Shown here: positions 13,150 through 27,616 of the stretch, piece after piece
Layout: the number at the start of each line of letters is the position of its first letter
Position numbering within the stretch: position 1 is the stretch's first letter
Program-made: the position numbers and the translations under genes
The notes under the pieces: generated by a model
What the model was told of the DNA's origin: nothing
Database searches by the model: none
The model's input: only the letters and a program-made list of their open reading frames with translations
From: Auanema rhodensis
Taxonomy: Eukaryota > Animalia > Nematoda
Length of the DNA: 64,000 nucleotides
Direction: 5' to 3'
Assembly: GCA_964057225.1 (NCBI GenBank)
Contig: OZ059894.1
Coordinates: forward strand, 6,944,001-7,008,000

Positions 13150-13168
13150 AAGAAAGAGAGAAAGAGAG
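13091..13168. repeat. Compound (TA)n(GA)n microsatellite
   Basis: tatatatatata...agagagagag run. Confidence 0.9.
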
Positions 13169-16100
13169 TGGAAATAGAGTTTTTGTAATACTCTCAGAAT
13201 GTGCAACTTCTACGGCTGCTACTATTCGTTCAGTATGTTCTTGTTAATCATCTTCGGATGGCTTTGAGCTGTTTTTTCTCGAGGGAGGCTGTACTAATGA
13301 GTCTTCATATTTTCATTTTTCGAAAGAATTGTAAAAGCAAAATCAGGCATATTTATGAATTGATAGGCATATCTATGATCATATAGGCTAATAAAGTATA
13401 TAAGGGAAAAACGTACAGCAAGAAAGAAAGAGAGAGAGATAGAGGAAGAGAGCAAAATTCAGGATCCTTCGTCATTACCATGAGACACTTGCTAGCCTCA
13501 TTCTTCGTTAGGATCGTCTTAGCAAATATTATGATGTTTATTTATCTGCTCAACAATGATGCTTTCTTAGTTACTAAAATGTCGTTTTTCACTATTTCTT
13601 TATAGTTCTAAGGACTTGCAAACCTCTTCTTTCACTTTCCACTTATTTCTCTTCTTCTATAAGAGGAACTTCTTCTTAATGTGTTCCTTCAGCATTTTAA
13701 TACCTTTTTCAAGCTTGGAAGTCGTTGTGAAGCTTCAAAGCTTATTCTAGAGATATCATTGTTGTATCCTGCTGCGCTTCATGAGCAGCCAGTAAGTTGG
13801 CGATGAGGGGAGCATTAACAGAGGGAATAATAGGAAAAGAAAAAGAGAAGGATAGAGAGATAGGATAGGAATGAGAGAGTAAAGAAGTGAATGAGAAAAT
13901 GCAGAATGGAGCTAAAAGGGAGTAAGAGAAAAATGGGAAATAGGAGTGAAAGAGTTGGTAATGTGTTTTTTTCATTGTCGAATGCTCTCGAGCTATGTAT
14001 GTGGGCTTTTCGATCTAGGAAGACTGCACTTGGTTCAGTGACACATTCTCAGACTATCTGAGAATCATTTTTTGGCCACCTGCCGAGAGTTTACATGGGA
14101 TGGGCGCTATGTAATACTCACAGAGAGAGGAGGAGAAAAAGAATTGAAATGCTATTTTTTCTTCTAATCACATACAGATAGAAAATAGATGATATAATGC
14201 ATATGGTCTCGAGATGTGAATCTTGTTTCGTTAAGATAACTGATTTTCTTCTTTTTCTCTTTTGCTGAAGTAAAAAAAAGTTTTTACGTCTGTTTGTTCA
14301 GGATCTCCAGTAGACATTGCGAGAGGGACGGACGGTATGCTTGACGAAGATCTAAATTGAGGAGATAACCAACTTGTATGAAAATGAGTGAAAAGAACAG
14401 GGAAAACGAGAAAAGGAAAAAAAGAACGTGAGAGGGAGTTAGAGAGAAAAAGAGAAAGTATTGTGTTGATTTCCGTTTTATATCCTTCCGACAAACCCTT
14501 CGTATGTCAGTCTCTTCGCTCTTATGTTCTCGTTTTCAAAGCATTCAGTTTGTTGCTCTCTTTCGATCCTCTTGTCTACTACTTCTTTTTTCTAAATGTA
14601 AAACTCGGTTAATATTGATCTGAGCCCAAACACTGTGTTCTTCTCGCTTTCCTTAACTCCGTTAGTCAACCCAAGCTGCTATACCCCTGATCACCATCTA
14701 ATACGTGCTGCTGCTCCGGCTACTGCTTTCCTCCTTAACATAAGCTGAAACTCCCCACATTCCTTATTACTTTCTCCGCTCCACACGGCTCCATGTCCTC
14801 TTCTCGTCGACACTGCTCTCATATTCCTCCTCTCCTTTCTATTATCATTCTGTTTTCTCTATGTCTCATAGGTTCTCTTGGAACTAGTAGTATTAGACTA
14901 CTACTTGGTTCATTTTCGTTTCTTTTTAGCAGAGAAAAAAGTGTATTTGTTTCACCTTTCGCAGCTTTTGACGATGATGTACAATGATCCTGGCGTAATT
15001 TGATCCTATCCTTTCGGCTCTTGAAAACGTTTCCCATACGTATTTATATAATAATAACAATAATAATAATATATATTTATATACATATCTATTATCGTTT
15101 TGTATTTTTACATATTTTATCAAGTTTTTCTTTGATTTATAATCCATTTTTCAATTCAGTCTTGATTCAACAGATGAAAAAAAAACGAAATATGTATATT
15201 CAAGCGTAGCAGAGATAGAATAAATGACAAATGTATAGAGCTTATAAAAGTGGAATAACGTGTCCATAGCTTTTATGAATTTTCTAATGTCCTTTCTATC
15301 AATTTTCCGAATTCTCTAGCTTTGCTCTTCCTAGGTTCACGTTTTCAATGTGCCTGTGTATACTAGATGCTTTCACTACTCTAGTTTCTATATATGCATG
15401 TATGTGTGTATAGCCTCGAAGACAGATTTGGTATTAGGTCTTCTTGTTTTTCAACGGAAAACGTTTTTCGTTCTATTCCGCTGGAACCTAAGAACTCTTG
15501 AGCAGTACGGCATGGGCGCAGACATATTTGCTTAGGAACAATCAGGTTATACTTCGAGCTCTGTTCCATTTGGTTATAGAGAGAAAATAGTTTATGATGT
15601 TTTAGTTTCTTCATGTTTGGCTATATTATATTTCTTTCGATTCAATTCTATAAGAGACAAAGTCTAGTTGCACCTTTGGCATCAAAATCTGTCTTGTACA
15701 TTTCTTATAAAAAGATTCGTAGCACGGGTAGCTCAGAAGAAGGAGACGATAGTGCGCATACAACTTTAGTTTTTTCTGTTCATTTTCTTGTCTAATTTTA
15801 TTTTATATTTGGTCAATATCATAACAACGTACGAATGCATATTAGATTAACAACGAGAATTCAGACCCGTTTCGTCTCGCTTTATGCTGCACCTGTCATT
15901 TGGAAAATGAGAGCAAAGCAGAAAGACTTTTTACAAAGAGCCCATTGTTTTCTCGGCATTTTTCCACAAAAATCAATCTGTAAAGTTTTTTATGAGCAGA
16001 ATAATAGCTCTACTTCTACGAATTCCAAAAAAAGAATCACTGCTCTGTAGGATGGAAGCCACTAAGACGTCGGCTAAGAGATATATATGTGTTGCCTATG

Positions 16101-16895
16101 TTTGTCTTGCAATATTCCTTCGGGCGATGTCTCTTTAAACTCGTAGCTTCTGAAGAGTTGATGTCAAAAGCCGAAGCTCAATCCGTTTTTGCACATTTCC
16201 ATTTTCATCCAAATATCTAATAACATATGAGCATACGCTGTTTCGGATTTATTTTTATTGATTAATCTCAAGAATATTTTGATGTTGTATGTTAGAAAAC
16301 TTTTTTTTCGTTTATTCAACACATCCTTGGCATAACTTGTAGATTACGCATAACGCGTGTATGTGTTCAAACGAAAGAAAATCATTTGTCTGTTATATTA
16401 TCTAGGTTTTAAGCTTCAAATATTTGTATATAAATATGTTTTAATCAACAAAATATTATGCAACCCTTTCAATATTTTTATTGAATAAACCAAAGTTCAA
16501 ATTTGTTCTGCTTAAGCTTAACATTATGGTTCATAATATCATCTATCACTTATTGAAATATTTATCATTGTTCGTAAATGATGCAATTCAGAAACCAATT
16601 TATCATACCTTCCCCATATTCAGGAAAATATTTTTAATAATAATAATAATAATATATTCAATGTTCTCTATTATATATAGTTAAACATATCTACTAACTA
16701 TTGTGACCTGTATATTTCAATGTTTCATTTTTGTGTTTAAATTGCAAACTTTTTTTTTTGTATTTGAAGTCGATTTTCTTATGTTTCTGCTTTATTTCCA
16801 ATATGTTTCTTCAGTGATCTTACTCTTTTCTTATTGCAGATAATGTGGCCATACGTCTGTGGATGAATTGAAAGGCTATGGGCGTGTAACTATTT

Positions 16896-19800
16896 ATGGA
16901 GCCCGGAGGGGACACGTGTTGCAGTGCCACAGCACGTGCACTAGACATGTTCAACCGCCGCGGTTCCGTTATTGCTGTTGTCATAGGAGGTTTGTCTAGA
17001 ATTCAAAAAACATATTTCATTCACTGTGAAAATGATTCAAGTTGTAAAAGAAGAGAAACAGAATAAAATAAGGAAATAACCAATGCGAGAAACGAGGGAA
17101 GCGAGAGATTGGGACCATGCGGGGAAGGGGGGAGGGCGAGAAGAACGTATAAGAGGAAAGAACGGTGAAAGAAGGCTGTAAAGCATCATATTAGTCAAAA
17201 CTTCTTGAAAAAAAAAGAAAATAATGAAGGAAAAAACTAGATTCTCCATTACAACTAACTTTTCCTTTTTTGTTTCCTTCGTTTTATATATTGTTGTGCT
17301 ATTGAAGATACTTCGGCTGAAAATTCTGTTTGTCTCTGTGTATGTATGTCTGTTGCATGTACATATGTATCTTGGTATCATCAATATTATAGAATATCAT
17401 CGAGCATGTTGTCCTCAGCTATTTTGTTTTGCTACAACTCTAAATGCCTTTTTTTCTCACAATTTCCCTCGTCTCTCTTCTTTTCTAGTTGTTTTTCTTT
17501 TGAATCCTTTTTTCTCGTCTTCATTTCTCACACAGCTTCTTCAGCGTCGACGTCGTCGTTGCTTCTTCATCTTTATCATCGCCTTCTCCTTTTCATTCTT
17601 TCTTCTATCCTTTCCTTCTTTCTTTTTCTCGTCTTCCTTTCTTGTTCTCGTTCCTGCTACTCTTCATTTTACTCCATCTCATTCTACTACTACTGCAACT
17701 ACAACTTCTTCATCATCATCTTTTCCTCTTTCTATTTCTCTCCTTTTTCTTTTCTTTTTCTTCTCATGTTTTCAATTGTGCATCTTCTGCTCCTGTTTGG
17801 TTTGCTTCTTCCACTACCCCTCCGGTTACTTTCATTCCTCATCCTGCTATGTTCGAACTGCCATGCTTCTTAACATCTTTATTCGAACTCAACACTTGCA
17901 TTCTTACTGAAACTGTTATTGATTCTGTCAGCAGCATTTTCACATACCGTTTCATTTAGATATTTGTTTCTAATTTTGAAAAAAAAACAAGCTAAACTTA
18001 GATGTTGTTGTTTGACATAGACCATTTCTATTGCAATGGCTGAAATTTTATTTGGATTTCTAATTGCGATCTGAGAAACGGATTAATCTTTGTTTTCTTT
18101 GCATTTCTTCAAGGTTTATGTAAGTTTTGAATGAAGTTTAACCAACCATCAGACAGATAGAGAGAAAGAGAGTGATAATATTGAAAAGTACTTGATGAAT
18201 ATACGCGTGGGAAATTTCACGTGCGGTAAAAATGAATTTTTTTGCGTTTTACGTGAAAAACGTGAAAGATTATTTCAAGCTATTTTCGCGTGGTGAACGG
18301 TCAAATTTTTTTTTATAAATTTTAAATTTTTTTAATTTCATTTGATTCATTATATGCTTCAGGAAACACGCCCGACGTGTTACCGTGTACAACGTCGAGT
18401 GCCACGACGGCTGCGTCAACGTCATCATCCGTCGTCACGACGGATATTCCGTCTACAAATTCTGATCCTGACAGTCACGGCTATACCGACACCCAGTTAG
18501 TTTGAGCGTAATTATAATTTTATTCTTTGTTGTTGTTTTGATTCAAGACTTTGAAAAAAGATATTATCATGTAATATATGAATTTGTTTTTAGAAATGAT
18601 TGGCGTCCTCCATATCCACGACTGGTTGCCTTCCATGACGTTTTATCTTTAGCCGCTGGCTGGTCTTTAGGTCTTCATCCGACCTGCTTTGATGACAAAC
18701 CCACGGGTACGTAATCAGTTAGAAATATTGTTTTCTTTCATAGATGTAAACTTACAACTTTATTTGCGATTGTAGGTGCTAGTCAAGCTCAATCTCCATG
18801 TGAAGATGATTGCGGAGACGGAAAATGCAATGAGCTATTAGCTAGCTGTCCCGCATTTAGGTTTGTATTCTCGTTTAACTAAATATCTCAATTTTTTCCT
18901 TTAGAAATGAGCTGGGTTGGGAACCTACCCGACGCTTAGCTTTAAGCCGCTACACTAGTGATGGGCCCGTTGAAGCTCATGAGTGTGAAACGTGGATGCG
19001 AGAGGTGAACCTTGATATGATTTATCTTATTATTCCCATATTTTTTAATATTTAATATTCAAATTTTTCATAACATTTACTTTTTTTTTAAATTTTAAAA
19101 ATATACTTTTTTTCAGCACTCTGCTGCTGAAGCTGGTATTTTAGAAGATGTTTCTAACGTCTATCTAGGTGGACGACTGTGTGCAGCTCGTCAACCAAAA
19201 ACCGTTATAGAACCCCAAGATATAGGTTCATATTATTATCGTCATTGCTTCTCTGGACGAAGTAAGATTTGAATGTGTTCAAATTATTTTATAATTTTCA
19301 TTTCTTTCAGCTCATGTAGAATATTTTGGTTCTGATGATGACATGGGTCCCATAGCTATCAGTATGGTCCGAGAAACAAATGAACGAAACAAAGAGCAAT
19401 CAGCAATTTATAGAATGATTGTTAGAATTAGTGATGTAAGTTAAAACTAAGAGTTCAACTTCAAATATTTTTGTTGTTTTATTGATATCTTTGATTTGAT
19501 TTGTTTAGCTTCGAACTATGAGAGTAGCCGTTCCTGAGGAAGCTCTATCTGATTCAAATGATCGCGGAAATCGTCCGATCATGAGAGAATTATTAGAACT
19601 GGTTAGTTGTTGTCAATAACGAACATTGAAATCAAGTGGTATATTCCAGGTGTGTCCTCAGATAAGTTTTAGCATCTTGAGACCAGCAATACAATCTCCA
19701 CGTGTTGAAGAAATATTAATGAAAATAGATGAGCAACCCATTTATACTCGGTATAAAGTTGGTGTCATGCTTTGCAAAGCCGATCAAAGTACCGAAGAGC

Positions 19801-22477
19801 AAATGTACAATAACGGTAATAATGTTGTACATGATCCTCAATAACTTGCAATTTTTTGTAGAGTCTTCATCACCAGCATTTGATGAATTTCTGGATTTTC
19901 TTGGTAACCGTGTCAAGTTGAAAGGCTTTGATCAATATAAGGTTGCAGACATTTATAAAAGTTATAATATTTTATTTTATTCTGTAGGGTGGACTAGATA
20001 CTCGTGGTGATACAACCGGTACTCATTCGATTTATGTTGAACATCAAGCTCATGAAATTATGTTCCATATATCAACTTTACTTCCATTTACACCTAGTAA
20101 TAAGCAACAAGTATGATTATCAATTTTATTTTATTTTATTTTTATTTTTATTTTTATTTCAATATAATCCTTTCTATTGGCTAATGTTTTGTTTATTCAT
20201 TTTTCTTTCCAGTTACCCCGCAAGCGTCACATTGGTAATGATATGGTTACTATCATTTTCCAAGAGCCAGGTGCTCTACCCTTTTCCCCAATGACAGTTC
20301 GCAGCCATTTCCAGCATGTTTTTATTATAGTCCGTGCTCATAATGCTTGTACTGATAATACAACTTATAGGTGTGACATATACACTTACAACAACTTTTT
20401 TCTTTTTTCTTTAGTGTCGCGGTCTCTCGATCAAAAGAAGTTCCAGCATTTGGACCTCCAGTACCGCCAGGTGCTACATTCAGCAAATGCGCTGAGTTCC
20501 ATGACTGGCTCCTGACCAAGAGTATTAAATTATTTAATTTTCTTTTAATCAAAGTTTTATTCTATAGTTATTAATGCTGAAAATGCTGTTCATAAATCTA
20601 AGAAATTTGCTACAATGGCTGCAAGAACACGTCGTGAAGCTCTCCGGGATTTATGCGAGAACTATGTTGGACCACATCAAAACGAAGGACCTAGTCGCAT
20701 TGCGAGTATGTTGATGTACTTGTGAGCTTAAAAACAAAGATGATATCGTTTCAGGTCGTTTCTTAGGAGGAAGTGTCAAACGTCGAGAACGACATAACCC
20801 AAAGCCTGATATTGCAAACATGCGCGGTGCTCTATCCTGGCTTGTTGATGTTCATGATCACTCATTAAATCAGGTAGATCTTTAACTTATTTAACGTTCC
20901 TATTTGAAAATTATAATTCAGAGAGTAAATTGTGTTCTTGGTTTGTCGCAAGATGCATTAGTGCTGTTGGAAAGGCCATCAGGAACTGTTCTATTCATAA
21001 CACCAACACATTCAGTTATTGGATGGGCTGTAACAGATTTTGGGTATAACTGCTTTATAGGATACTGATATCATTTAATGTTGTTTTCAGGCTAAAACTA
21101 TACTATGATCATGGAGAAATGTTATTGCTTAGATGCTGTACTGAAACCGGGACAGATGCTGAGCAGAATGGCTTAATAAGCAGATTGCAATCCGTTACTA
21201 AGGGTGATGAGGCTAAAGAGGTTTTTATTTTCGAAAAAAACAAATTACTTACAAAACTGCTTTCAGGTGATTTTGAGGAGACCTAGAGTATCAGATACAT
21301 GGGGTTTCCATGTTCAAGAAGAAGGGGTTGTAACAGATGTAGAAATGTACCAAACAGCTTGGAAAGCTGGACTTCGTCAGGGTAGTCGGATAGTTGAGGT
21401 TTATAATCAAAAATATTATTTCATAATTGCAAGGCATTTTAGATGGAATCATTGTCTGTTGCTACTCTCGGACTTGATCGAATCAGTCAAATGTTAACAG
21501 ATAGGGAAAACTTACGGTTACTCCTCATTTCACCAGCTTCTGATGGATCGCCAAGACGAGGGTAACTATCAATTTATATTTTTTTTTCAATTGTGTTTTT
21601 TTCTTCAGATGCGAAGATCCTCATTGTCCAGCTGTACGTGGTACTATCGAAGAAATGCTGACACCTGATGCATTTGCTCGACAACCCACATTGTAAGTTC
21701 TATTATATAAACACAGATAATTCTCTTATTCAAAATGATAGAATTGACAGGTATCAAAGCATGTTCCGAATGAGAAATCAAGAATATGCCAGTTCATCCA
21801 CGAGTAGCCCTGCGAGTTCATTTGATGAACGAACATTTTCTTTCGGTTCTCGAAGACCTGATGTTACTGGTCGGGCAAACAGCTCAGGGTGAGTCAATTG
21901 TTTTTTTTTGGATTTCTTGTTACAATTTTCTTCTGAAGATCGGCATCTGTTATACATAAGTCATGCACCACAAATCGTAAACCACAGAGTACCTCAGTTC
22001 ATGAGCATATGTGTATGCTTCTGAACACTCCGAAAGGATTGAATAGAGCACAATCAGATGAACACCTTCGTTCCCCATTAGCTGAAGAATCAAAGAAAGT
22101 AAGTTACACATAAACTTTGATTTCTTATTTTTATTTAAGGCCCCATTATCAGCACGAGAATCAACTAATGACGGCGAACAGAGCGAAATAGCTAAGTGTC
22201 AGGTGCATCTAGAGCATATGCTACAAGAAAAGCGGGCCATGGACTTGATGATTCAACAACTGAGAAAACAATTGCATCATGTATGTATTTCTGTTAAAAC
22301 ATCAAAAATTTTATATTTGCTTCTTCAAAAGTTAGATAAGAGTTTGAACACAACCAAACCTTATAATCTTATAATTCAATGAATTCAATGAATAAATTTT
22401 TGTTTTAGGAGCGACAAGCACATGATAATACTCGACGCGAATTAGAACGGTTACGTACAACTCTGGAAAAACGCTAG
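16896..22477 (+). CDS. sipa-1: SIPA1/SPA-1-like Rap GTPase-activating protein with PDZ domain and C-terminal coiled coil, >20 exons
   Basis: RapGAP motifs [61 protein letters not shown]; [36 protein letters not shown]; ends ...[13 protein letters not shown]. Exon 1 (MEPGGDTCC...VIG) splices in frame to the exon at 18363. The start is less certain than the body. Confidence 0.92.
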
Positions 22478-24223
22478 ATGACCAAGAGAGATGAAACAAT
22501 TCAAAGAAAGAGCCTTCATAGAAATTTGAAAAAAAAGATCAAATAATGGACAAAATTTGTTTTAAGTTTGATAACACAAGTCCCACTACTCCCTCACATT
22601 CATTTCTTCATTTGTATTGAAGGTAGTAGCTAAGCTTCGTCATGCTTTTATCATCCGAGTTTGAACCCATTACCTTCTTTACTCATGAAAGCAATGTAAA
22701 TTTCCGTATCGTTGGTCACATAATCATTCCGTTAATAATACATAACTTCGGAGTTTCTCTCAGAAAGTTTCATTTTACCGTCAATTTCAATATGTTGTCA
22801 AGCGATTGTTACATGTACATGTTGTTTCATTCGGTTGTGCATTCGATTTTAATCCCATTGTGTATGGTAAAGACAAAATACTTTCCAACCTTCATCTCTG
22901 ATATTCTGTTTTGACCCTACCACCCCATATATATATATTACATATAATATATATTTCTACAATTTTATTTTTAAATAATGAAATATTTCTTCATTGATAC
23001 GTTATACCTATTTGCCTTTCCTGTATACCCTTGAATGCGCAAAAAAAAACAATCAACAAATAAAGAAGAAAATACTATTTCCGGGAAAGTTTTATTTTTG
23101 GCTATACAAGTCTCTCTTTCTCTCTTCATCTTCTGTCTTGTTTCTCGCATTCTATTACCCTAAAACCTTAATCCTATAAAAAATTCATCTATTTCCTCAT
23201 ATTTGTATTTTTTTTTGGTTTGTTTGTTCATTCACATGGCATTTTTTGTTTCTACCGTTGTCTAGACTAAACAGCTGCCCTTATTTTCTATTTTGAAAAT
23301 GTACTTATTTCTACCTATTCAGGAATATTCATTATAGGTATTTGAATGACAAAAAATTCCGTCTATCCGTATTAATTCAGCTAACAATCATACAAAAAAT
23401 GCACTTAATAAGTCAGCTAGAAACCATTTATTTCTTCAATTTTTCTATAATTTTCTTCTCTTTTTTTTGGCAAAAAGTTGTAATTTATATTATATTATAT
23501 TATGTTCATTAAAAATGGACTGTTGTATGTGGGTAGCATTGTATTAATATACTTTTTTTTTAATTTTTCTTCTATTTCTACTCGTTTCAACAAAAAAATT
23601 CTACAAATAGATTTTATACATTTTATTCCGGAAATATTAAAAGAATAAATATAATAGAGAGACAAAAAAACCTTTTAAAAATTGAATAAGGTTTTAAATT
23701 CTTTTTAAGACCAGAAAAAATGTGAATAATTTAGTTTATAAGTAACATAAGTTAAGAATTGATATACCAATTATATGAAATACATTATGTTTTATGTTAA
23801 CTATGAATGGAAAACTTAAATGAACCCAATGTTTACTCTTACACTTCTAAACTAAATCCCAAACTTTAGGAAATAAATTAATTCACATAGAGCAATTGCT
23901 GGACCACGGTTGTAGTTTGTCACATGAGAGGACAGGCACCAGTTTTCAGAGGATAAAAGTGAAGAAGCCAATCTTAAAGTAAGTATGGATTGTTTTAGTC
24001 ACTCAACAGTTAGCTAAGGCTTTTTGCCTCATACTAAAATCTCCAAGGCTACAACTATGCTTTCTCTATCTCTCTCCTTTTCTTGCTCTTTTTTCTTTTT
24101 CCTCAATCACTATCAATACTTTTCGTTCTCTCTTCTCTCGTTCCCGCTTTATTTTGCTCACTCTCTTATTTTATCCCTTCTCTCTCTTTTTTCCTCATCC
24201 GGCCTTTGTTCCTTATATTTAGT

Positions 24224-24602
24224 CCTCTTTCAGTTCGTTGAACAGGAGTGCATAACTCAGCACACTGCCTTGCGCCTTGTCCTCGCATCAATGTTGTTTC
24301 CTTGTAAAGTTTTTGTAAGCTTGCATACTGTCGATGACCAAGCAAGAGCAAAACAGAAGCAAACATGTTTACTTCATTATTTGTGTGTATAATATGGCGT
24401 AGCTGTTGATTTGTCTTGTTAATATAAGAAGAAGCATGTTATCACAACTAGGTCCACATGTTCTTCTTGTTCTAACACTAGCCAACGCCTATAGAAGTTA
24501 GTATCGAAGGCAACAATAGAAAACAGTACTCATTTCGTGGTTCACCTCTTTCAATTCGTTGAACAGGAGTGCATAACTTAGCACATTGCTTTGCATCTTG
24601 TC
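24224..24602 (+). repeat. Pair of ~58-bp imperfect direct repeats (24224-24281 and 24545-24602)
   Basis: cctctttcaRttcgttgaacaggagtgcataactYagcacaYtgcYttgcRYcttgtc occurs twice, 321 bp apart, with 6 transitions. Confidence 0.85.
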
Positions 24603-26541
24603 TCCACCTAAAAGTCGAACTATTTCTTTTCATAATTCCTAAACAACCGTGAAACGTTCATGCATGTGCTATGTGTATGTGCGTTAGAACATGTAGCATT
24701 TATGTGAAAATTCTGATTCTCGAAACCAATACGTTCCACTAATCCGGTATTTCTCTCTCAGTATTTCTACTCTGCATAGTGAAATTAATTGTTTCCTTTT
24801 CTGATAGCCTATTACGAATCTTATCTTTTCACATCATCGACATGATATCTACATCCTTTCATCCGTTTTCTCTTATGTGATCCATAAATAGAGCAAAATA
24901 ATGTTTTTCGATCATTACTCGATAAGTGAACATACACATACGTGTGTATTTCAATCTTTAATTCATTTTTCAAAAAAACAATCAAAATAACATTTTAGTT
25001 ATGTGATTTTACCGCTTTCAAACTATCATCACACCATTTTCCATACATCATTGAGTTTTCCGTCAACTCTTTTCAATCGGAATTTCTTTTCTTTATTTTC
25101 TGAAAATTACAAGCTCCTCCCATACTCAAACGATTTTTCGCTGAACTTTTTTATTTACATTCACACTATTTGACAATATATCTTAACTATAACTTTGTGA
25201 ATCATGTGAAGTTACCGTTAGCCTAATTTATCGTATTTAAGGAGAACTTACAGGTTTTCGGCAGTTGTTCACTCCAATTCTTTGATTTTTCATGTATCTT
25301 TAACAAACTTTCTGAAAATAAAAATATAAAAAGTAAAACGATGATAATATAGCATCGTTCTTCTTGTTTCTTTTGTTCATCTTTAGTGTTGCCCTTGACT
25401 ATAAAACGATGTCATTCTTCTCGCCTGAGGTCGTTGTCATCGATTCGGTTCTTGATGCGTAGCCATCATCATGATCATCATCGCCATCACACTCATCATC
25501 ACCTCTGCAATGGCGCTGAAGCCAGCGCCAACGTCGACGTCCTCTTCATCCGTTCGTCCAGTCATTTCTTCTTTGTGGAGCTGAAGTTGATATGATGCAG
25601 CTGACACAATAAGTATCTTACACACATACACACACATTAATTGAAAGGCCATTCTTTCTTGTATATATCTATTGAATGCCTACTACAATCACATCAGAAT
25701 CTGATCAATGTTTCAAGCAATTGTTCTTTTAAACCTTTTTTCTTTCACCACGTTGAATTGTCGTCTTTGTTACCTGTAGATGGGTGCAGTTCATCAATGA
25801 CGTGTCTGTGGTCCAGTACGACATTTTCGTGTGTTGACTATCAGAATACTTTAAGCCACATGACGATGTCAATGTGTCTGGCAGCTTAAACAATTCATTG
25901 TTTGATATTTTATTGATGTTTACTAATGCTTAATCAAATCATCAGTAAGTATACTGATTAAGTTTTATTTCTTAGTTTTACGTATTAAATCGTTCTTTTT
26001 TGAGATTGAAAAATGATAAGAGTGCTAAAAACAAAATTAAGTTGTTAAGATGCTCTGCCCTCATTTCTAAACGTACTGTCTTTGCCTATTTTGAATATGA
26101 CAACCTTAAAGTACTCCTGAAATTGACGCCATAATCTATGAAATCTTTTGTATAAAAAGGTTTTTTTTTCACTCACTTTTCAAAGTTTCAAATCTTTTTT
26201 TATACTGGATTCAATCGATTATCATTTTTTCTGGATTGAATAGACACACATACACAAATAGTTTTCTCCCATTCATGATGCTCTCTACTCATTCCTCTAT
26301 CATCTATCTATCCATCCATTCATTCATCCATCCAGTCAGTCAGCCATTCATCTGTCCGTTTTCCCATATGTTTTACAGATAATAGTTGAAAACGAAATTC
26401 CTTGTTTTGAATCTCATTAAAAACAATATAGTCTGACTAATTTATAATTTGCTTTTCTCTCTTTTTTTCTTCTTTTTATGATTTATAGCAATAATTCGAA
26501 AATATCTTTCTTATCAAGTGACCATAGTTTGATTTTCAGGT

Positions 26542-27616
26542 ATGTGGTCGGTATTGCTCTTCGTAGCCTGCAGCATTGCTTCTTCTTACGCTGGTAGGTG
26601 CTTAACTTGACACCAACACATCAAAATTGAGAAAAAAAACTTTTTGTCAATGGCTCTAAGAATGAAGTCGAAGGTGATTTCGGTTATTTCAGAACGTCCA
26701 TCACCACTTCCGCCCATATGTAAATTACCATTGGACAGGGGACAATTTTGCTCCGAGAACGAACCAACCATTCGTGTAAGTTTTAAGAAACGTGTATTAC
26801 AACTTAACTGAGATGAGAGAAAAAACTTTTCAAGAACTTTTCCACTCAAAAAGCTCTAATCTATTGTGAATGAAACCATTAGTTTACACTCAAACAAATA
26901 GAAAGAACAGCAAGAAAGCAATGATGGGTGAACAAACTCATTTTCTAGCTTGAGTAAGCATTAGTCATCGAATGTTACTGAAATTCAAAAATCATTCATA
27001 ATTATTTGTATGTTTACAGTATCATATGGATCCCGAAACATTGGCTTGCTTAGCTTTTGAGCACAAGGGTTGTGGAGGAAACGCTAACAGCTTCTCCAGT
27101 AAAGGAGAATGCTCACAACGCTGCATTCCAGGTACACATCGCATTCAATTCATAGTTATCCAAATATTTCAGCCGATTATTTGATGTGCGCTGCTAATGA
27201 GCCACCTGTACGTCGTGAAAATGGAGATTCTTCATGCCACGGAAACTTACTCTTGCCTCTTGGACTCTCATTATCTACACCATCCCCATGTCCTGCAGGT
27301 TCATCTTGCCATGTTGGATTCGCCGTCGGAATTTGCTGTGATGATGCAGCCTCAGGTAATTGAAACATCATCTGATGGTCAAAGTTTGATTTAAATATTC
27401 AGCTGCTGTAAGTGCCAATTATAAGCCTGATTGCGGTCCTGGAAAAAAACCATTTAAATCCGAACAATACGGATTTCAGGTGATTATAACAACGAAAATA
27501 AGAAAGTATACTTATTTTTTCAGCTTATTCATCTTGGTAAATCATGCGAAAACGATTTCTGCCCAATAAATTCGACTTGCCATCAAGGCACTTACTACGC
27601 CTACTGTTGCCATTAA
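26542..27616 (+). CDS. Secreted Kunitz/BPTI protease inhibitor with Lustrin-type cysteine-rich domains, 6 exons
   Basis: Signal MWSVLLFVACSIASSYA; Kunitz ICKLPLDRGQFC...YHMDPETLACLAFEHKGCGGNANSFSSKGECSQRC; then CPAGSSCHVGFAVGICC and LGKSCENDFCPINSTCHQGTYYAYCCH*. Confidence 0.92.

Noticed and set aside
17224-17959. Overlapping 228/175/105-aa ORFs
   Set aside because: Pyrimidine-rich sipa-1 intron that lacks stops by composition (F/S/L-rich).
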